A stretch of DNA of 64,000 nt from an uncultured Bacteroides sp. (GCA_949296575.1 CASFPE010000034.1:116062-180061), one strand, 5' to 3'; positions 1 through 10,257 are shown, counted from the first letter of the stretch. The notes: generated from the sequence alone by a model not told the origin. Translations and numbers: made by a program.

Positions 1-70
1 CCGCATCATTATCCACGTGATTCGGTGAATAACACCCGCCCCTGCTGATCCCAAGCATGGAAATCTTCAT
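1..70 (-). CDS. hypothetical protein, N-terminal fragment (gene runs off window start)
   Basis: ATG at 70..68 overlaps the stop (69..67) of the upstream minus-strand gene in an ATGA arrangement. Only ~23 codons (MKISMLGISRGG...) are visible. Confidence 0.3.
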   Translation of the reverse strand, partial: MKISMLGISRGGCYSPNHVDNDA

Positions 71-777
71 CGCAACATATCCTTTCCTGACAAAAAACGC
101 TCCGCCTTTGCAATGTCTCCCACATGGTCCACATCCAATATCTTCGTAAAAGGGTAAGCCACAAGGTCTGCGCCTTGCCGCACTAATTCCTTCTGGAAGT
201 TCCGCATTCGCGACATGCCCTTTTCTACACAAGCAGCCAAAATGTCCAAGGAAAAAGGGCGCAAACAATAAATTCCTCCGGAAATGTACTTGCAATCCCT
301 TTCTGCGTCATCATGGAAACCCGTAATGCGCAAATCCGTCCCCGTAGAAACGTACAAAGGTTTTTCATCGTCTATGTAATCCGTGACAGCCATGTAACCA
401 TCTGCCTGCGAAGCCTGGAAAGCTTTAATGTAGGCCGAAAACTCACTTTCTTTGAAGATTGTGTCTACCGTAGTCAAGCAAAAATCATCTCCTTCCAACA
501 AAGGAGCCAGCTCATGGAAACTATGCATAGAACTCGGGGTCGTCTTCACAACGACATCCAAAGGCAGTTCCTTCTGCAAAGAATGCAAAAAGGCACTCAC
601 TTCACTGCTCTCACGGCTGATAATCACCGCAACAGAAGATGCACCGTTCGCAATGAATATCCGTATCAGGCGTTCTATCATCACAACGCCATTCAAAAGG
701 GTCAAAGGCTTAGGGCGGACAGCTCCTTCCTTCAACAACCTGGAACCTTCCCCGGCAGATATGACGGCATACTTCAT
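67..777 (-). CDS. sugar-phosphate nucleotidyltransferase family protein
   Basis: 236-aa ORF. The N-terminus MKYAVISAGEGSRL...KPL resembles the GxGxR NTP-binding loop of NTP_transferase-fold enzymes. Confidence 0.6.
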   Translation of the reverse strand: MKYAVISAGEGSRLLKEGAVRPKPLTLLNGVVMIERLIRIFIANGASSVAVIISRESSEVSAFLHSLQKELPLDVVVKTTPSSMHSFHELAPLLEGDDFCLTTVDTIFKESEFSAYIKAFQASQADGYMAVTDYIDDEKPLYVSTGTDLRITGFHDDAERDCKYISGGIYCLRPFSLDILAACVEKGMSRMRNFQKELVRQGADLVAYPFTKILDVDHVGDIAKAERFLSGKDMLR

Positions 778-792
778 CCGATGGATTCTTTC

Positions 793-1890
793 TTATGCAT
801 CATCTTCCACAGCATCCAGCTTCAGCTTGTCGCTATCATCTTTCTTCTCGTAATACTGCTTTTGAAGCGGATTCATTCGAATCGCTTTCTCGCAGACACG
901 ATGGCGATACACATCAATCGCATCATACACAGCTTGACGGAAAGAATCCTCACGCGCAATTCCCTGCCCCACAATGTCACAAGCCATCCCATGAGCTGGA
1001 GAAGTCAACACGACCGGCAAGCCTGCCGTGTAAACCACACTGTTCTCTGACAATGCCTTGAGCGGCAACAGCCCTTGATCGTGATACATCGCCAATATCC
1101 CGTCAAAACGGGCATAATTCCCGGAACCTATCAAGCCATCCGCAGAATAAGGGCCGAAACACTGCACACCCTCACTAATCATCTGCTTAATGGCCGGCGA
1201 AATCACTTCTTCTTCTTCTTTTCCCATCAAGCCATTGTCCCCCGCATGCGGGTTCAACGACAAAACAGCAATACGCGGGGCAGCAATTCCAAAGTCAAAT
1301 TTCAATGACTTATTGAAAGCCGACAGCTTGCCTTTCAGCAAATCAACGGTCAACGATGCGGCCACCTCACGCAACGGGAGATGTTCTGTAGCCAAAGCAA
1401 TCCGAAGGCCATTGCCCAGCAAGATTGCCAAAGCATCTCCTTTCTGAGCAAGCCTGTTCTCCAGATATTCCGGACATGCACGAAAATGAAATTCATCCGA
1501 CTGCAAAAGATGCAGTGTCATCGGAGCAGCCACAAGCACATCGATGAATCCCCCCTCATAGTCGGCTACAGCCTTTTCCAATGCCTGCAAAGCAGCCATG
1601 GCTGTTTTCTGCGTCGGCTTTGAAGACTCCACTTTCACCTCGTCGTCCACACAATTCACAATACTCAGCTTATTATGGGCTGCTTCAGAGGCAGATGCCA
1701 CAATCCCGAAATTGGCAGGCAGTTCCAATGCCTTGCGGTAATACGCCGCTATCTTAGGGGAGCCATATATAATAGGTGTACACAAGTCAAGCATCAATGG
1801 TTCGGAAAAAGTCTTCAGAATCACCTCATAACCAATGCCACTGATATCGCCATGCGCAATACCTACTCTGATTTTCCTATTTTCTTCCAT
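793..1890 (-). CDS. pdxA: 4-hydroxythreonine-4-phosphate dehydrogenase PdxA
   Basis: 365-aa ORF with PdxA-like motifs: GDISGIG near the N-terminus, LNPHAGDNG, HDQG and TSPAHG. Confidence 0.85.
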   Translation of the reverse strand: MEENRKIRVGIAHGDISGIGYEVILKTFSEPLMLDLCTPIIYGSPKIAAYYRKALELPANFGIVASASEAAHNKLSIVNCVDDEVKVESSKPTQKTAMAALQALEKAVADYEGGFIDVLVAAPMTLHLLQSDEFHFRACPEYLENRLAQKGDALAILLGNGLRIALATEHLPLREVAASLTVDLLKGKLSAFNKSLKFDFGIAAPRIAVLSLNPHAGDNGLMGKEEEEVISPAIKQMISEGVQCFGPYSADGLIGSGNYARFDGILAMYHDQGLLPLKALSENSVVYTAGLPVVLTSPAHGMACDIVGQGIAREDSFRQAVYDAIDVYRHRVCEKAIRMNPLQKQYYEKKDDSDKLKLDAVEDDA

Positions 1891-1922
1891 CCTATTTTAT
1901 ATTACACAGATTCACTTTCACC

Positions 1923-2945
1923 TCATTCTTTTGCCATCGAAACTTCTGCAGCAGGCAGCTTCAACGTGTAAAGCGATGCCTCCAAACGCCGCATGATGTC
2001 GCGCTTCAATTTATCCGGAGAATACACGAACACTTCAGCCACGACCACACAGCCATGAGTCGTGTCCACACAGGAATGAGCCACAAAAGGGCCGCCCATC
2101 ATGTCGCCTTCCACCTGCCACAATCCTCTGGCCTCCTGCACATATCCTCCATTCACCGACAAATCCTTTACTTCTACGGAAAGAGTGTCCGTGGCCATGT
2201 ACATTCCCTCTTGCGCGCCCGGAATGTTAACTTTCATCACAGAGTCACGTTTATGTATGTAATACTCCTTCGTGAATGTATCCTTGTCGCGATAAGGATA
2301 AGAATACATCACAAAATTCATATCGGCCGTAGCCGCATTGGTAGAGAACCACAAGAAATGCTTTCCTGCCTTCGAACTAATCAACTCTGCCGGCAACCAA
2401 ATGTCGCAACCAAACATTTCCTTTACCCGTGTTGAAATGTCCACGCTATGCTTTTCTTTCAAGAATGCCACTTGGCGGTTCATCTCCGCCCGCACGAAGA
2501 AATCAATGATGGTCTGCCCGTTCTGGCTCACATATTCACGGAAAGATTCCTCGTCCGGAGCCTGAATAGTCATAATCATTTGAGGAACGGCATGCACATT
2601 CGTCGCATATTTCAACTTGGGCTGCGTATAGATATCTTGAATATCCACTATAATAATATTGCGGAATATTTTTAATACTTGGTCATAATATCGAGGGTCT
2701 GTATCCGAAATACGGAACGAACGTTCCGACTGAGGCAGTCCTGGCACATCCGTGTCCAGCACATGAAACAAAGCCCGCCCTGCCGGCCTTTCCCATAAAC
2801 CTTGGTCTACCACCACCAACACCTCATAAGGGCGTCCACTGGAAGTAGGGGTGAACACCGTTTTCTTGTTCTTTGAATTAGAGCAAGCTCCCGTCACAAC
2901 AAGAAGCACTGCCAACAGTCCAAAAATCTTAGCCAAATATTTCAT
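1923..2945 (-). CDS. lipoprotein of unknown function (possibly DUF4837 family)
   Basis: ORF 1923..3011 trimmed to the ATG at 2945, which gives the lipoprotein signal MKYLAKIFGLLAVLLVVTGAC. The family name is from memory only. Confidence 0.5.
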   Translation of the reverse strand: MKYLAKIFGLLAVLLVVTGACSNSKNKKTVFTPTSSGRPYEVLVVVDQGLWERPAGRALFHVLDTDVPGLPQSERSFRISDTDPRYYDQVLKIFRNIIIVDIQDIYTQPKLKYATNVHAVPQMIMTIQAPDEESFREYVSQNGQTIIDFFVRAEMNRQVAFLKEKHSVDISTRVKEMFGCDIWLPAELISSKAGKHFLWFSTNAATADMNFVMYSYPYRDKDTFTKEYYIHKRDSVMKVNIPGAQEGMYMATDTLSVEVKDLSVNGGYVQEARGLWQVEGDMMGGPFVAHSCVDTTHGCVVVAEVFVYSPDKLKRDIMRRLEASLYTLKLPAAEVSMAKE

Positions 2946-2968
2946 AACCGTCTGTTTTTTTTTGTTTC

Positions 2969-3991
2969 CTATAAACTGTCTTTCCCTTGCATGGTCGAAA
3001 GCATGCCGCATGCCGCAAAAACATCTTCACCCCGCGAAGCACGAATTGTGGCAAAAACGCCATGCTTGGTCAGATAATCCCTGAACGCCAGCATTATTTC
3101 CATGTCCACTCCTTCCAGATCCACACCCGGGATGGCATGAAAGCGAATCAAATTAACCCGGCAAGCCACGCCTCTCAATATTTTAACCAGTTCTTTTGCA
3201 TAAACCAAGCTATCATTCACCCCCTTGAAAAGGATGTACTCAAATGAAAGCCGCCGCTGCTTGCTGAAATCATAATTCCGCACCACGTCAATTATTTCCG
3301 TCAAAGAATATCCTTTCTCAGCAGGCATCAATGAAGCCCTTTGTGCGGGAAAAGGCGAATGCAAACTCACCGCCACATGGCAGGAAGTTTGTTCAATGAA
3401 ACGGCGGAATGCCTTACGCACTCCCACAGTGGAAACCGTTATCCGTTTCGGGCTCCATCTGTATCCATAATCCGCTGTCAATATTTCCAGCACTTTCAGC
3501 AATTCATCCAAATTGTCCAACGGTTCTCCCATCCCCATGAACACGATATTTGTCAGCCGGTCGCGTTCTGGGACAGAATATATCTGGTTCAGGATTTGGT
3601 TCGCAGTCAGGTTGGAGGAGAAACCCTGCTTCCCTGTCATGCAGAATTTGCAGTTCATCCGGCATCCCACTTGTGAAGACACGCACAGCGTGGCCCTGTT
3701 TTCCTCCGGGATGTACACCGTCTCCACAAATTCTTTATCTGACACTTGGAAAAGATATTTCACCGTCCCGTCCTGCGAACGCGCAGCATTCACGGGTGCC
3801 GAAGCGCCCAATTCATACCGTTCTTTCAAACGTTCGCGAAAAGCCAGCGACAAATTGCTCATTTCGTCTATGGATGAAATTTTCTTGTCATACAGCCAAG
3901 CGGTGATTTGTTTTGCCGCAAAACCCGGCATGCCCAAATCCTTTGCCACCTGCTGCATCTCCTCATATTTCATTCCCAGCAACTTGTCCAT
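2969..3991 (-). CDS. rlmN: 23S rRNA (adenine2503-C2)-methyltransferase RlmN (radical SAM)
   Basis: 340-aa ORF with the radical-SAM cluster motif CRMNCKFCMTG and RlmN/Cfr-like overall layout and length. Confidence 0.85.
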   Translation of the reverse strand: MDKLLGMKYEEMQQVAKDLGMPGFAAKQITAWLYDKKISSIDEMSNLSLAFRERLKERYELGASAPVNAARSQDGTVKYLFQVSDKEFVETVYIPEENRATLCVSSQVGCRMNCKFCMTGKQGFSSNLTANQILNQIYSVPERDRLTNIVFMGMGEPLDNLDELLKVLEILTADYGYRWSPKRITVSTVGVRKAFRRFIEQTSCHVAVSLHSPFPAQRASLMPAEKGYSLTEIIDVVRNYDFSKQRRLSFEYILFKGVNDSLVYAKELVKILRGVACRVNLIRFHAIPGVDLEGVDMEIMLAFRDYLTKHGVFATIRASRGEDVFAACGMLSTMQGKDSL

Positions 3992-4127
3992 TCGCTCACA
4001 TTTTTATAATCGGAATCATTTTGCAAACATAAACAAATTTGGCGGATTAAGAGAAGCGTTGGAAGAAAAACTTCCTTTTATAACATGTTTTATAGCAAAG
4101 CATGCCCTTTCTATCCGATTCTTTCCA

Positions 4128-4135
4128 TAGATTTG
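4128..4135 (+). promoter_or_regulatory. Bacteroidetes-type -7 box (TAGATTTG)
   Basis: Matches the TAnnTTTG consensus 17 nt upstream of the ATG at 4152. Confidence 0.4.
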
Positions 4136-4151
4136 CAAATAAAAAGAGGTT

Positions 4152-4853
4152 ATGAAAAACGGAGTAAAAGAAGCGGCCATCATTGCCGTCGGGTTAATTG
4201 TTTTAGGCATTTGCATCCAGCGCGGGCTAAGCAGCTTCAGCGAGAAAGAACGCCTCGTCACCGTCAAGGGGCTGGCTGAAATGGAGGTTCCTGCCAACAA
4301 AGTCACATGGCCGTTGGTTTACAAAGAAGTGGGCAACGACCTAATCAGCCTGTACAACAAAATCAACACCACCAACAAAGCCATCATCCGGTTCCTGGAA
4401 AGCAACGGCATCTCCGAACAAGAAATCACCATCAACGCCCCGGAAATCATCGACATGCAGGCCGAACGCTACAGCAACGAGAGGAAAGATTACCGTTACA
4501 ATGTCACCTCCGTCATCACCGTCACCTCCCAACAGGTGGACAAAGTGCGGGAACTGATCAACGAACAGAGTGAACTCCTCAAGCAAGGCATTGCCGTCAT
4601 AGGAGGCGACTACCGATACAATATCCAATATGACTACACGGACCTGAACAGCATCAAGCCCCAAATGATAGAAGAAGCCACCCGCAAAGCACGCGAAGCC
4701 GGCGAGAAATTCGCTAAAGACTCCGATAGCCAACTTGGCAAAATCAAACGGGCCTACCAAGGGCAGTTCACCATCACCGATCGGGATGCCAACACGCCCT
4801 ACATCAAAAAAGTGAGGGTTGTCACCACCATCGATTATTTCCTGAAAGACTAA
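4152..4853 (+). CDS. SIMPL (DUF541) domain-containing membrane-anchored protein
   Basis: 233-aa ORF with an N-terminal TM helix. Overall similarity to SIMPL/DUF541 proteins is recalled from memory. Confidence 0.55.
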   Translation: MKNGVKEAAIIAVGLIVLGICIQRGLSSFSEKERLVTVKGLAEMEVPANKVTWPLVYKEVGNDLISLYNKINTTNKAIIRFLESNGISEQEITINAPEIIDMQAERYSNERKDYRYNVTSVITVTSQQVDKVRELINEQSELLKQGIAVIGGDYRYNIQYDYTDLNSIKPQMIEEATRKAREAGEKFAKDSDSQLGKIKRAYQGQFTITDRDANTPYIKKVRVVTTIDYFLKD

Positions 4854-4961
4854 GGATTTTCACACAAAGCTGAAACTATCAGAACCGCCTAAGAAAAAAG
4901 CTGAATTCAACCATCAACTACCCCCATATAGATTCATCAACAAGCCTAAGACATTGCATAC

Positions 4962-6914
4962 ATGACAAACAGCAATATGCCCCTTTTTCCTGAAATGAAG
5001 ATGGATAAGGAAGCTGATAACATGAAATCGATCTGCTCAACCCTTGGAGTGCAAGTCAACACTCCAGGATGGCCTGATGCATTCGGTGAAAAGCTTCATC
5101 AATATATTCTTTCAAAGAATATACCTTCCATTAGAACCTTGAGCCTGTTTTCAGGCGCAGGCGGATTAGACATCGGGTTTCACGACTTAGGATTTGAAAT
5201 TGTCAGCTCCGTTGAAATCGAGAACAAATTTTGTGAGACATTAGAACTGAATTCCGGCAAAGGCAAATATTTCCCTTGTTCCAAAGTGAATTGCATTGAC
5301 ATCAGGCAATTCACAGGAGATGGTTTAGAAAATATCGATTGGATAATAGGAGGTCCTCCATGCCAAACATTCAGTGCCGCAGGGCGCCGGGCATCGGGCG
5401 TATTAGGCACATCCGATGCCAGAGGTGTATTGTTTCTCGAATATGTCCGCCTGCTTAAGAAATTAAAGCCCAAAGGTTTCTTGTTTGAGAATGTTTATGG
5501 CATCATTGGCGCACAAAACGGCAAGCCATGGGAAGAAATTGTAAAAGCATTTAAGGACGCTGGCTACATTCTATTCTACCGTGTCCTTGATGCAGCAGAT
5601 TACGGCGTTCCACAACATCGGGAAAGACTTATAATCATCGGCATCCAAAAAGGCACTTTCTTATTCCCAAGGCCAACAAACGGGCCTGATTCAATGGATG
5701 AAATGCCATTCTATAATGCCGGCACAGCAGTGAAAGGCGTTTCTTTAACAGAAGACGAAAGCAAAACCGGGATAAACGGAAGATATGGACATCTTTTAAA
5801 CGAAATACCGCCAGGCCTCAATTACAGTTTTTTCACAAAAGAGATGGGCCATCCCCGACCTATCTTTGCATGGAGAAGCAAATTTTCAGATTTCCTCTAC
5901 AAAGCAGACCCCAATGCGCCCGTAAGAACCATCAAAGCTTCTGGAGGCCAATATACAGGTCCGTTAAGTTGGGAAAACCGCTACTTTTCTTATCAAGAAT
6001 ATAAAAGGCTGCAAACATTCCCTGATACATACAATATAAGCGGCACAAAACAAATTGCGGTAAAACAGATTGGGAACTCTGTTCCTCCGCAACTTGCCAG
6101 AATGCTGGCTTTAGCCATCAGAATACAGATTTTCAACACAAAATTTCCATTCAAACTTGCAACAATACCAGAGAACTTTCACCTTTCGTTCAGAAGGAAA
6201 AAAAGGGAACTAACAAAACAATACCGGGAGAAAGCCCAAATTGCACTTGCAAACGAAAGGAAAAATGCCTCATCCTGCATACATAAAAAAGAATCTTTCT
6301 ATTTGTCCATCGGCGAACGATTTGAATATATCCGAACGGAAGAAAATGGCGACTACAAAGTAAACGTCCGTTGGACAAACGAACATCTTGACATAAAAAT
6401 ATGTCCTTCAATAGCCCCTGAAAGCCCTAAATTCATACACATTAACATTAGGCCAAGGACATCATGGTCGCTCCCTATAAGCAACATACAATTATCCGCC
6501 TTAAGAACAGAAGATTGGCACGCCATTACCGCAGCTTGGAAAGTACTGGAGCAAGAACTCATGCTGAACAGCCTGAAAGCAGATTTAACGCAATTAAACG
6601 GTTATTACCAAAGTACATCACAAATCGAATGCCAGCTTATCACCAATGTACAAAACGATGCAAACATATTAAGCCCCATCCTCAATGGAGAATGCACGCA
6701 ACGCAATATAAAAACTGAAGATTTGGCATTTATATGGAATATCAGCAAGAATGACGTATTGGCCAAAGCAATCATGCTAAAAAAATTAGGTTATGAAGTA
6801 AGGAACATCCACACAAATCCCTTGATGAATGAAGACGAATGGCTTATCCCCTATAAATTTCCGACGTTAGTACCGCAAAGTGTACAATTATATAAAAAAT
6901 TGCAACAACAATAA
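4962..6914 (+). CDS. DNA (cytosine-5)-methyltransferase with long C-terminal extension
   Basis: 650-aa ORF. C5-MTase motifs appear in order: I LFSGAGGLDIGF, IV GGPPCQTFS, VI ENV, VIII QHRERLIIIG, X GNSVPPQLA. About 250 further residues follow motif X. Confidence 0.9.
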   Translation: MTNSNMPLFPEMKMDKEADNMKSICSTLGVQVNTPGWPDAFGEKLHQYILSKNIPSIRTLSLFSGAGGLDIGFHDLGFEIVSSVEIENKFCETLELNSGKGKYFPCSKVNCIDIRQFTGDGLENIDWIIGGPPCQTFSAAGRRASGVLGTSDARGVLFLEYVRLLKKLKPKGFLFENVYGIIGAQNGKPWEEIVKAFKDAGYILFYRVLDAADYGVPQHRERLIIIGIQKGTFLFPRPTNGPDSMDEMPFYNAGTAVKGVSLTEDESKTGINGRYGHLLNEIPPGLNYSFFTKEMGHPRPIFAWRSKFSDFLYKADPNAPVRTIKASGGQYTGPLSWENRYFSYQEYKRLQTFPDTYNISGTKQIAVKQIGNSVPPQLARMLALAIRIQIFNTKFPFKLATIPENFHLSFRRKKRELTKQYREKAQIALANERKNASSCIHKKESFYLSIGERFEYIRTEENGDYKVNVRWTNEHLDIKICPSIAPESPKFIHINIRPRTSWSLPISNIQLSALRTEDWHAITAAWKVLEQELMLNSLKADLTQLNGYYQSTSQIECQLITNVQNDANILSPILNGECTQRNIKTEDLAFIWNISKNDVLAKAIMLKKLGYEVRNIHTNPLMNEDEWLIPYKFPTLVPQSVQLYKKLQQQ

Positions 6915-6933
6915 CTTTTAAGCAACAATTATC

Positions 6934-8224
6934 ATGGATAAAGAAATGCATCTCGATATATACCAAGACAGAAGCATACTTTATGAAAATGGCTACAAGC
7001 AAGAATTCATAGAAGGGCCACAAGACGAAACAACCCAAAAGAATATGGAAAAAAATCAAAGCAGCCCTTGACAAAGGTTTCCTTGAATGCCTCATAACAA
7101 ATGTCCATTCTTATGATTTTTCCTCTCTTGACAAAAACACAAAATCTCTAATTGATTCCGTTGTAGCAAAGGTCACAAGCGAAGTTGGCCGCGCACTCGT
7201 CGGGTTGACTTTTTTGCAGTTAACAATCAAAAGCATAGTGCCTGAACAATGCATCAGGCTACATAAAGGAAGCATTAGAAGTGGTGCTTTTTCTTGGAAG
7301 AAAGGCATCTCTATGCGAACCCTCGACAAACAATACAACACCCCATTCCTCAGAAGGCACGGACTGGTGAATCTTAATGCTGACGGTTTAATGATGACAA
7401 GGTCTTTAGCCGAGAATTACCCGTATTCCCGACTTTATAAAGCCGAAATGCGAGGACCATTTCATGAATGGATTTCCATCGTTGACCATCTTGAAGACGG
7501 AACAATGAATCCAACACAAGGGCTTCATTATCTTCTTTCTGTTTTAATAAACCGTTCCGAAAGAATATTCAAATTAGGCGAATTGGCTTGCCAAATAGCA
7601 AGCAACATTAAAACAATTCCTTATCACGCTTGCTATGCAATGTTAACCAAATTTTTCACTAATACAAGATACTCTGCCAGAGCCTTCGAAGTCGTAATTC
7701 ATGCTTTCATGCAAGCATGCATGGAAATGAACTTCACAGAACTTGAGCTCTCACCTATGTCGCAGATGCGTTCAGCAAACAAAAAACATGGTAATATCGG
7801 CGACATTGAACTTAAAGAAGGCCAACGCATCATCGAAGCATGGGACGCAAAATTTGGCAAGCCATACCTTTATGAAGAAATAGGGGAACTTTGTGAAAAA
7901 TTAGACACCTATCCCGGCGTAGAAATAGCTGGTTTCATTGTGGACAAAGAGGCCAACAGATCTGCTGACATATTAGAAAGGCTTGAAGATGCAAAAGCAT
8001 TGACAGGGACTGACATCAGAATATTCAATTTCTCAGAATGGACAGAATTCAAGCTCAAAAATGTAGACGGGCAAAGCCGGGATGAATTTGGCAGAAGATG
8101 GCTGACGGCCACCATTGAATCTTTTACAAGAAAAAGGATAGACCTTGCCCCGATAGATGAGCCATGCGACGGATGGCTTACAGACTTAATCAATATACTA
8201 CGCCCTTATAAAATAAATGAATAA
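6934..8224 (+). pseudogene. candidate type II restriction endonuclease, split by +1 frameshift in an A7 tract
   Basis: ATG 6934 opens a 45-codon ORF that ends at 7071. A second frame, open from 7013 to 8224, reads ...KIKAALDKGFLECL... and has no ATG before 7310. Removing one A from 7049..7055 fuses them into ~430 codons. The gene starts 20 nt after the methyltransferase stop. A GDIEL...EAWDAK segment looks PD-(D/E)xK-like. Confidence 0.55.
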
Positions 8225-8332
8225 CCTTTCATCCTGCTGCGTCAAGTCCGCAATTCTCTAATGTCATCCAGCAGTTTTTCAATCCGTCTCAAATTTTCCA
8301 CCCGCCCCCTTTGCCATTCAGGAAATTAATCC

Positions 8333-8340
8333 TACCTTTG
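8333..8340 (+). promoter_or_regulatory. Bacteroidetes-type -7 box (TACCTTTG) for rpsA
   Basis: TAnnTTTG match 63 nt upstream of the rpsA ATG. Confidence 0.5.
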
Positions 8341-8402
8341 CGCCCGATTGCATTATCAATATAATGTCTAATTCAATTTATTATTAAACAACAATTTAAT
8401 TA

Positions 8403-10187
8403 ATGGAAAATTTAAAAGAAGTTGCTCCTATTGAAGATTTCAACTGGGATGCGTACGAAAACGGCGAAGCCACAACAGAGGCAAGCCACGAAGAATTGGA
8501 AAAAGCGTACGACAACACGCTGAACAAAATCAACGACCGCGAGGTCGTAGACGGCACCGTCATCGCAATGAACAAACGCGAAGTGGTGGTCAACATTGGT
8601 TACAAGTCAGACGGAATCATCCCGTTGAGCGAATTCCGTTATAATCCGGACTTGAAAGTGGGCGACACAGTAGAAGTGTACATCGAGAACCAAGAAGACA
8701 AAAAAGGACAATTGGTGCTGTCGCACAAGAAAGCACGTGCCACACGTTCTTGGGATCGTGTCAATGCTGCGCTCGACAACAACGAAATCATCAAGGGTTA
8801 CATCAAGTGCCGCACGAAAGGCGGCATGATTGTCGACGTGTTCGGCATCGAAGCATTCTTGCCGGGTTCTCAAATCGACGTGAAACCCATCCGCGACTAC
8901 GATGTATTCGTAGGCAAGACTATGGAATTCAAAGTTGTGAAAATCAACCAAGAATTCAAGAATGTGGTGGTTTCGCACAAAGCACTCATCGAAGCAGAGC
9001 TTGAGCAACAGAAAAAAGAAATCATCAGCAAACTCGAAAAAGGACAAGTACTGGAAGGTACGGTTAAAAATATCACCTCTTACGGCGTATTCATCGACTT
9101 GGGCGGCGTAGACGGCTTGATTCACATCACCGACTTGTCGTGGGGACGTGTGAGCGACCCGCATGAAGTGGTAGAATTGGATCAAAAGTTGAATGTCGTT
9201 ATCCTCGACTTCGACGACGAAAAGAAACGCATTGCCCTCGGCTTAAAGCAACTCACGCCGCATCCTTGGGATGCCCTCGACCCGAACTTGAAGGTAGGCG
9301 ACCATGTGAAAGGCAAAGTAGTGGTAATGGCCGACTATGGCGCGTTCATCGAAATCGCGCCGGGCGTGGAAGGATTGATTCACGTGTCCGAAATGTCTTG
9401 GTCGCAGCACTTGCGTTCCGCACAGGACTTCATGAAAGTGGGCGACGAAGTAGAAGCTGTCATCCTGACCCTCGACCGCGAAGAACGCAAGATGTCTTTG
9501 GGCATCAAGCAACTGAAGCCGGATCCATGGGAAACCATCGAAGAAAAATACCCGGTTGGTTCCAAGCACACAGCCAAAGTGCGCAACTTCACCAACTTCG
9601 GCGTATTCGTGGAAATCGAAGAAGGCGTGGACGGATTGATCCATATCTCCGACCTTTCTTGGACAAAGAAAATCAAACATCCTTCTGAATTCACGCAAAT
9701 CGGTGCCGACATCGAAGTCATCGTGCTTGAAATAGACAAGGAAAACCGCCGCTTGAGCTTAGGCCACAAGCAATTGGAAGAAAATCCTTGGGATGTGTTT
9801 GAAACGGTGTTCACCGTAGGCTCCGTCCACGAAGGCACCATCATCGAGATGTTGGACAAAGGCGCAGTCGTAGCCCTTCCTTACGGAGTAGAAGGCTTTG
9901 CCACGCCGAAGCACCTTGTGAAAGAAGACGGCACACAGGCACAGTTGGACGAAAAACTGCCGTTCAAGGTCATCGAGTTCAACAAAGATGCCAAGAGAAT
10001 CATCGTTTCCCACAGCCGCATCTTCGAAGACGCTGCAAAGGCAGAAGAAAGAGCCGAGAAGAAGGCAGCCAAGAAAGCCAAGAAAGAAGAAACGCCGGTC
10101 ATCACCAACCAGGCTGCTTCCACTACCCTTGGCGACATCGATGCCCTTGCTGCATTGAAAGAACAATTGGAGAAAAACAAAGAATAA
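8403..10187 (+). CDS. rpsA: 30S ribosomal protein S1
   Basis: 594-aa ORF with six S1 repeats (recurrent G..V.G.V......G.F....G..GL.H.S pattern) and a Lys/Glu-rich tail. Confidence 0.95.
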   Translation: MENLKEVAPIEDFNWDAYENGEATTEASHEELEKAYDNTLNKINDREVVDGTVIAMNKREVVVNIGYKSDGIIPLSEFRYNPDLKVGDTVEVYIENQEDKKGQLVLSHKKARATRSWDRVNAALDNNEIIKGYIKCRTKGGMIVDVFGIEAFLPGSQIDVKPIRDYDVFVGKTMEFKVVKINQEFKNVVVSHKALIEAELEQQKKEIISKLEKGQVLEGTVKNITSYGVFIDLGGVDGLIHITDLSWGRVSDPHEVVELDQKLNVVILDFDDEKKRIALGLKQLTPHPWDALDPNLKVGDHVKGKVVVMADYGAFIEIAPGVEGLIHVSEMSWSQHLRSAQDFMKVGDEVEAVILTLDREERKMSLGIKQLKPDPWETIEEKYPVGSKHTAKVRNFTNFGVFVEIEEGVDGLIHISDLSWTKKIKHPSEFTQIGADIEVIVLEIDKENRRLSLGHKQLEENPWDVFETVFTVGSVHEGTIIEMLDKGAVVALPYGVEGFATPKHLVKEDGTQAQLDEKLPFKVIEFNKDAKRIIVSHSRIFEDAAKAEERAEKKAAKKAKKEETPVITNQAASTTLGDIDALAALKEQLEKNKE

Positions 10188-10209
10188 GAATATTCTCCCA
10201 ATTCTGAAG

Positions 10210-10246
10210 AAAAGGCCGCCCATTATTTCGGCGGCCTTTTCTTTTT
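10210..10246 (+). terminator. rho-independent terminator after rpsA
   Basis: 11-bp stem AAAAGGCCGCC / GGCGGCCTTTT with a 9-nt loop, followed by CTTTTT. Confidence 0.75.
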
Positions 10247-10249
10247 CCC

Positions 10250-10257
10250 TACCTTTG
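10250..10257 (+). promoter_or_regulatory. Bacteroidetes-type -7 box (TACCTTTG) for rnz
   Basis: TAnnTTTG match 25 nt upstream of the ATG at 10282. Confidence 0.45.
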
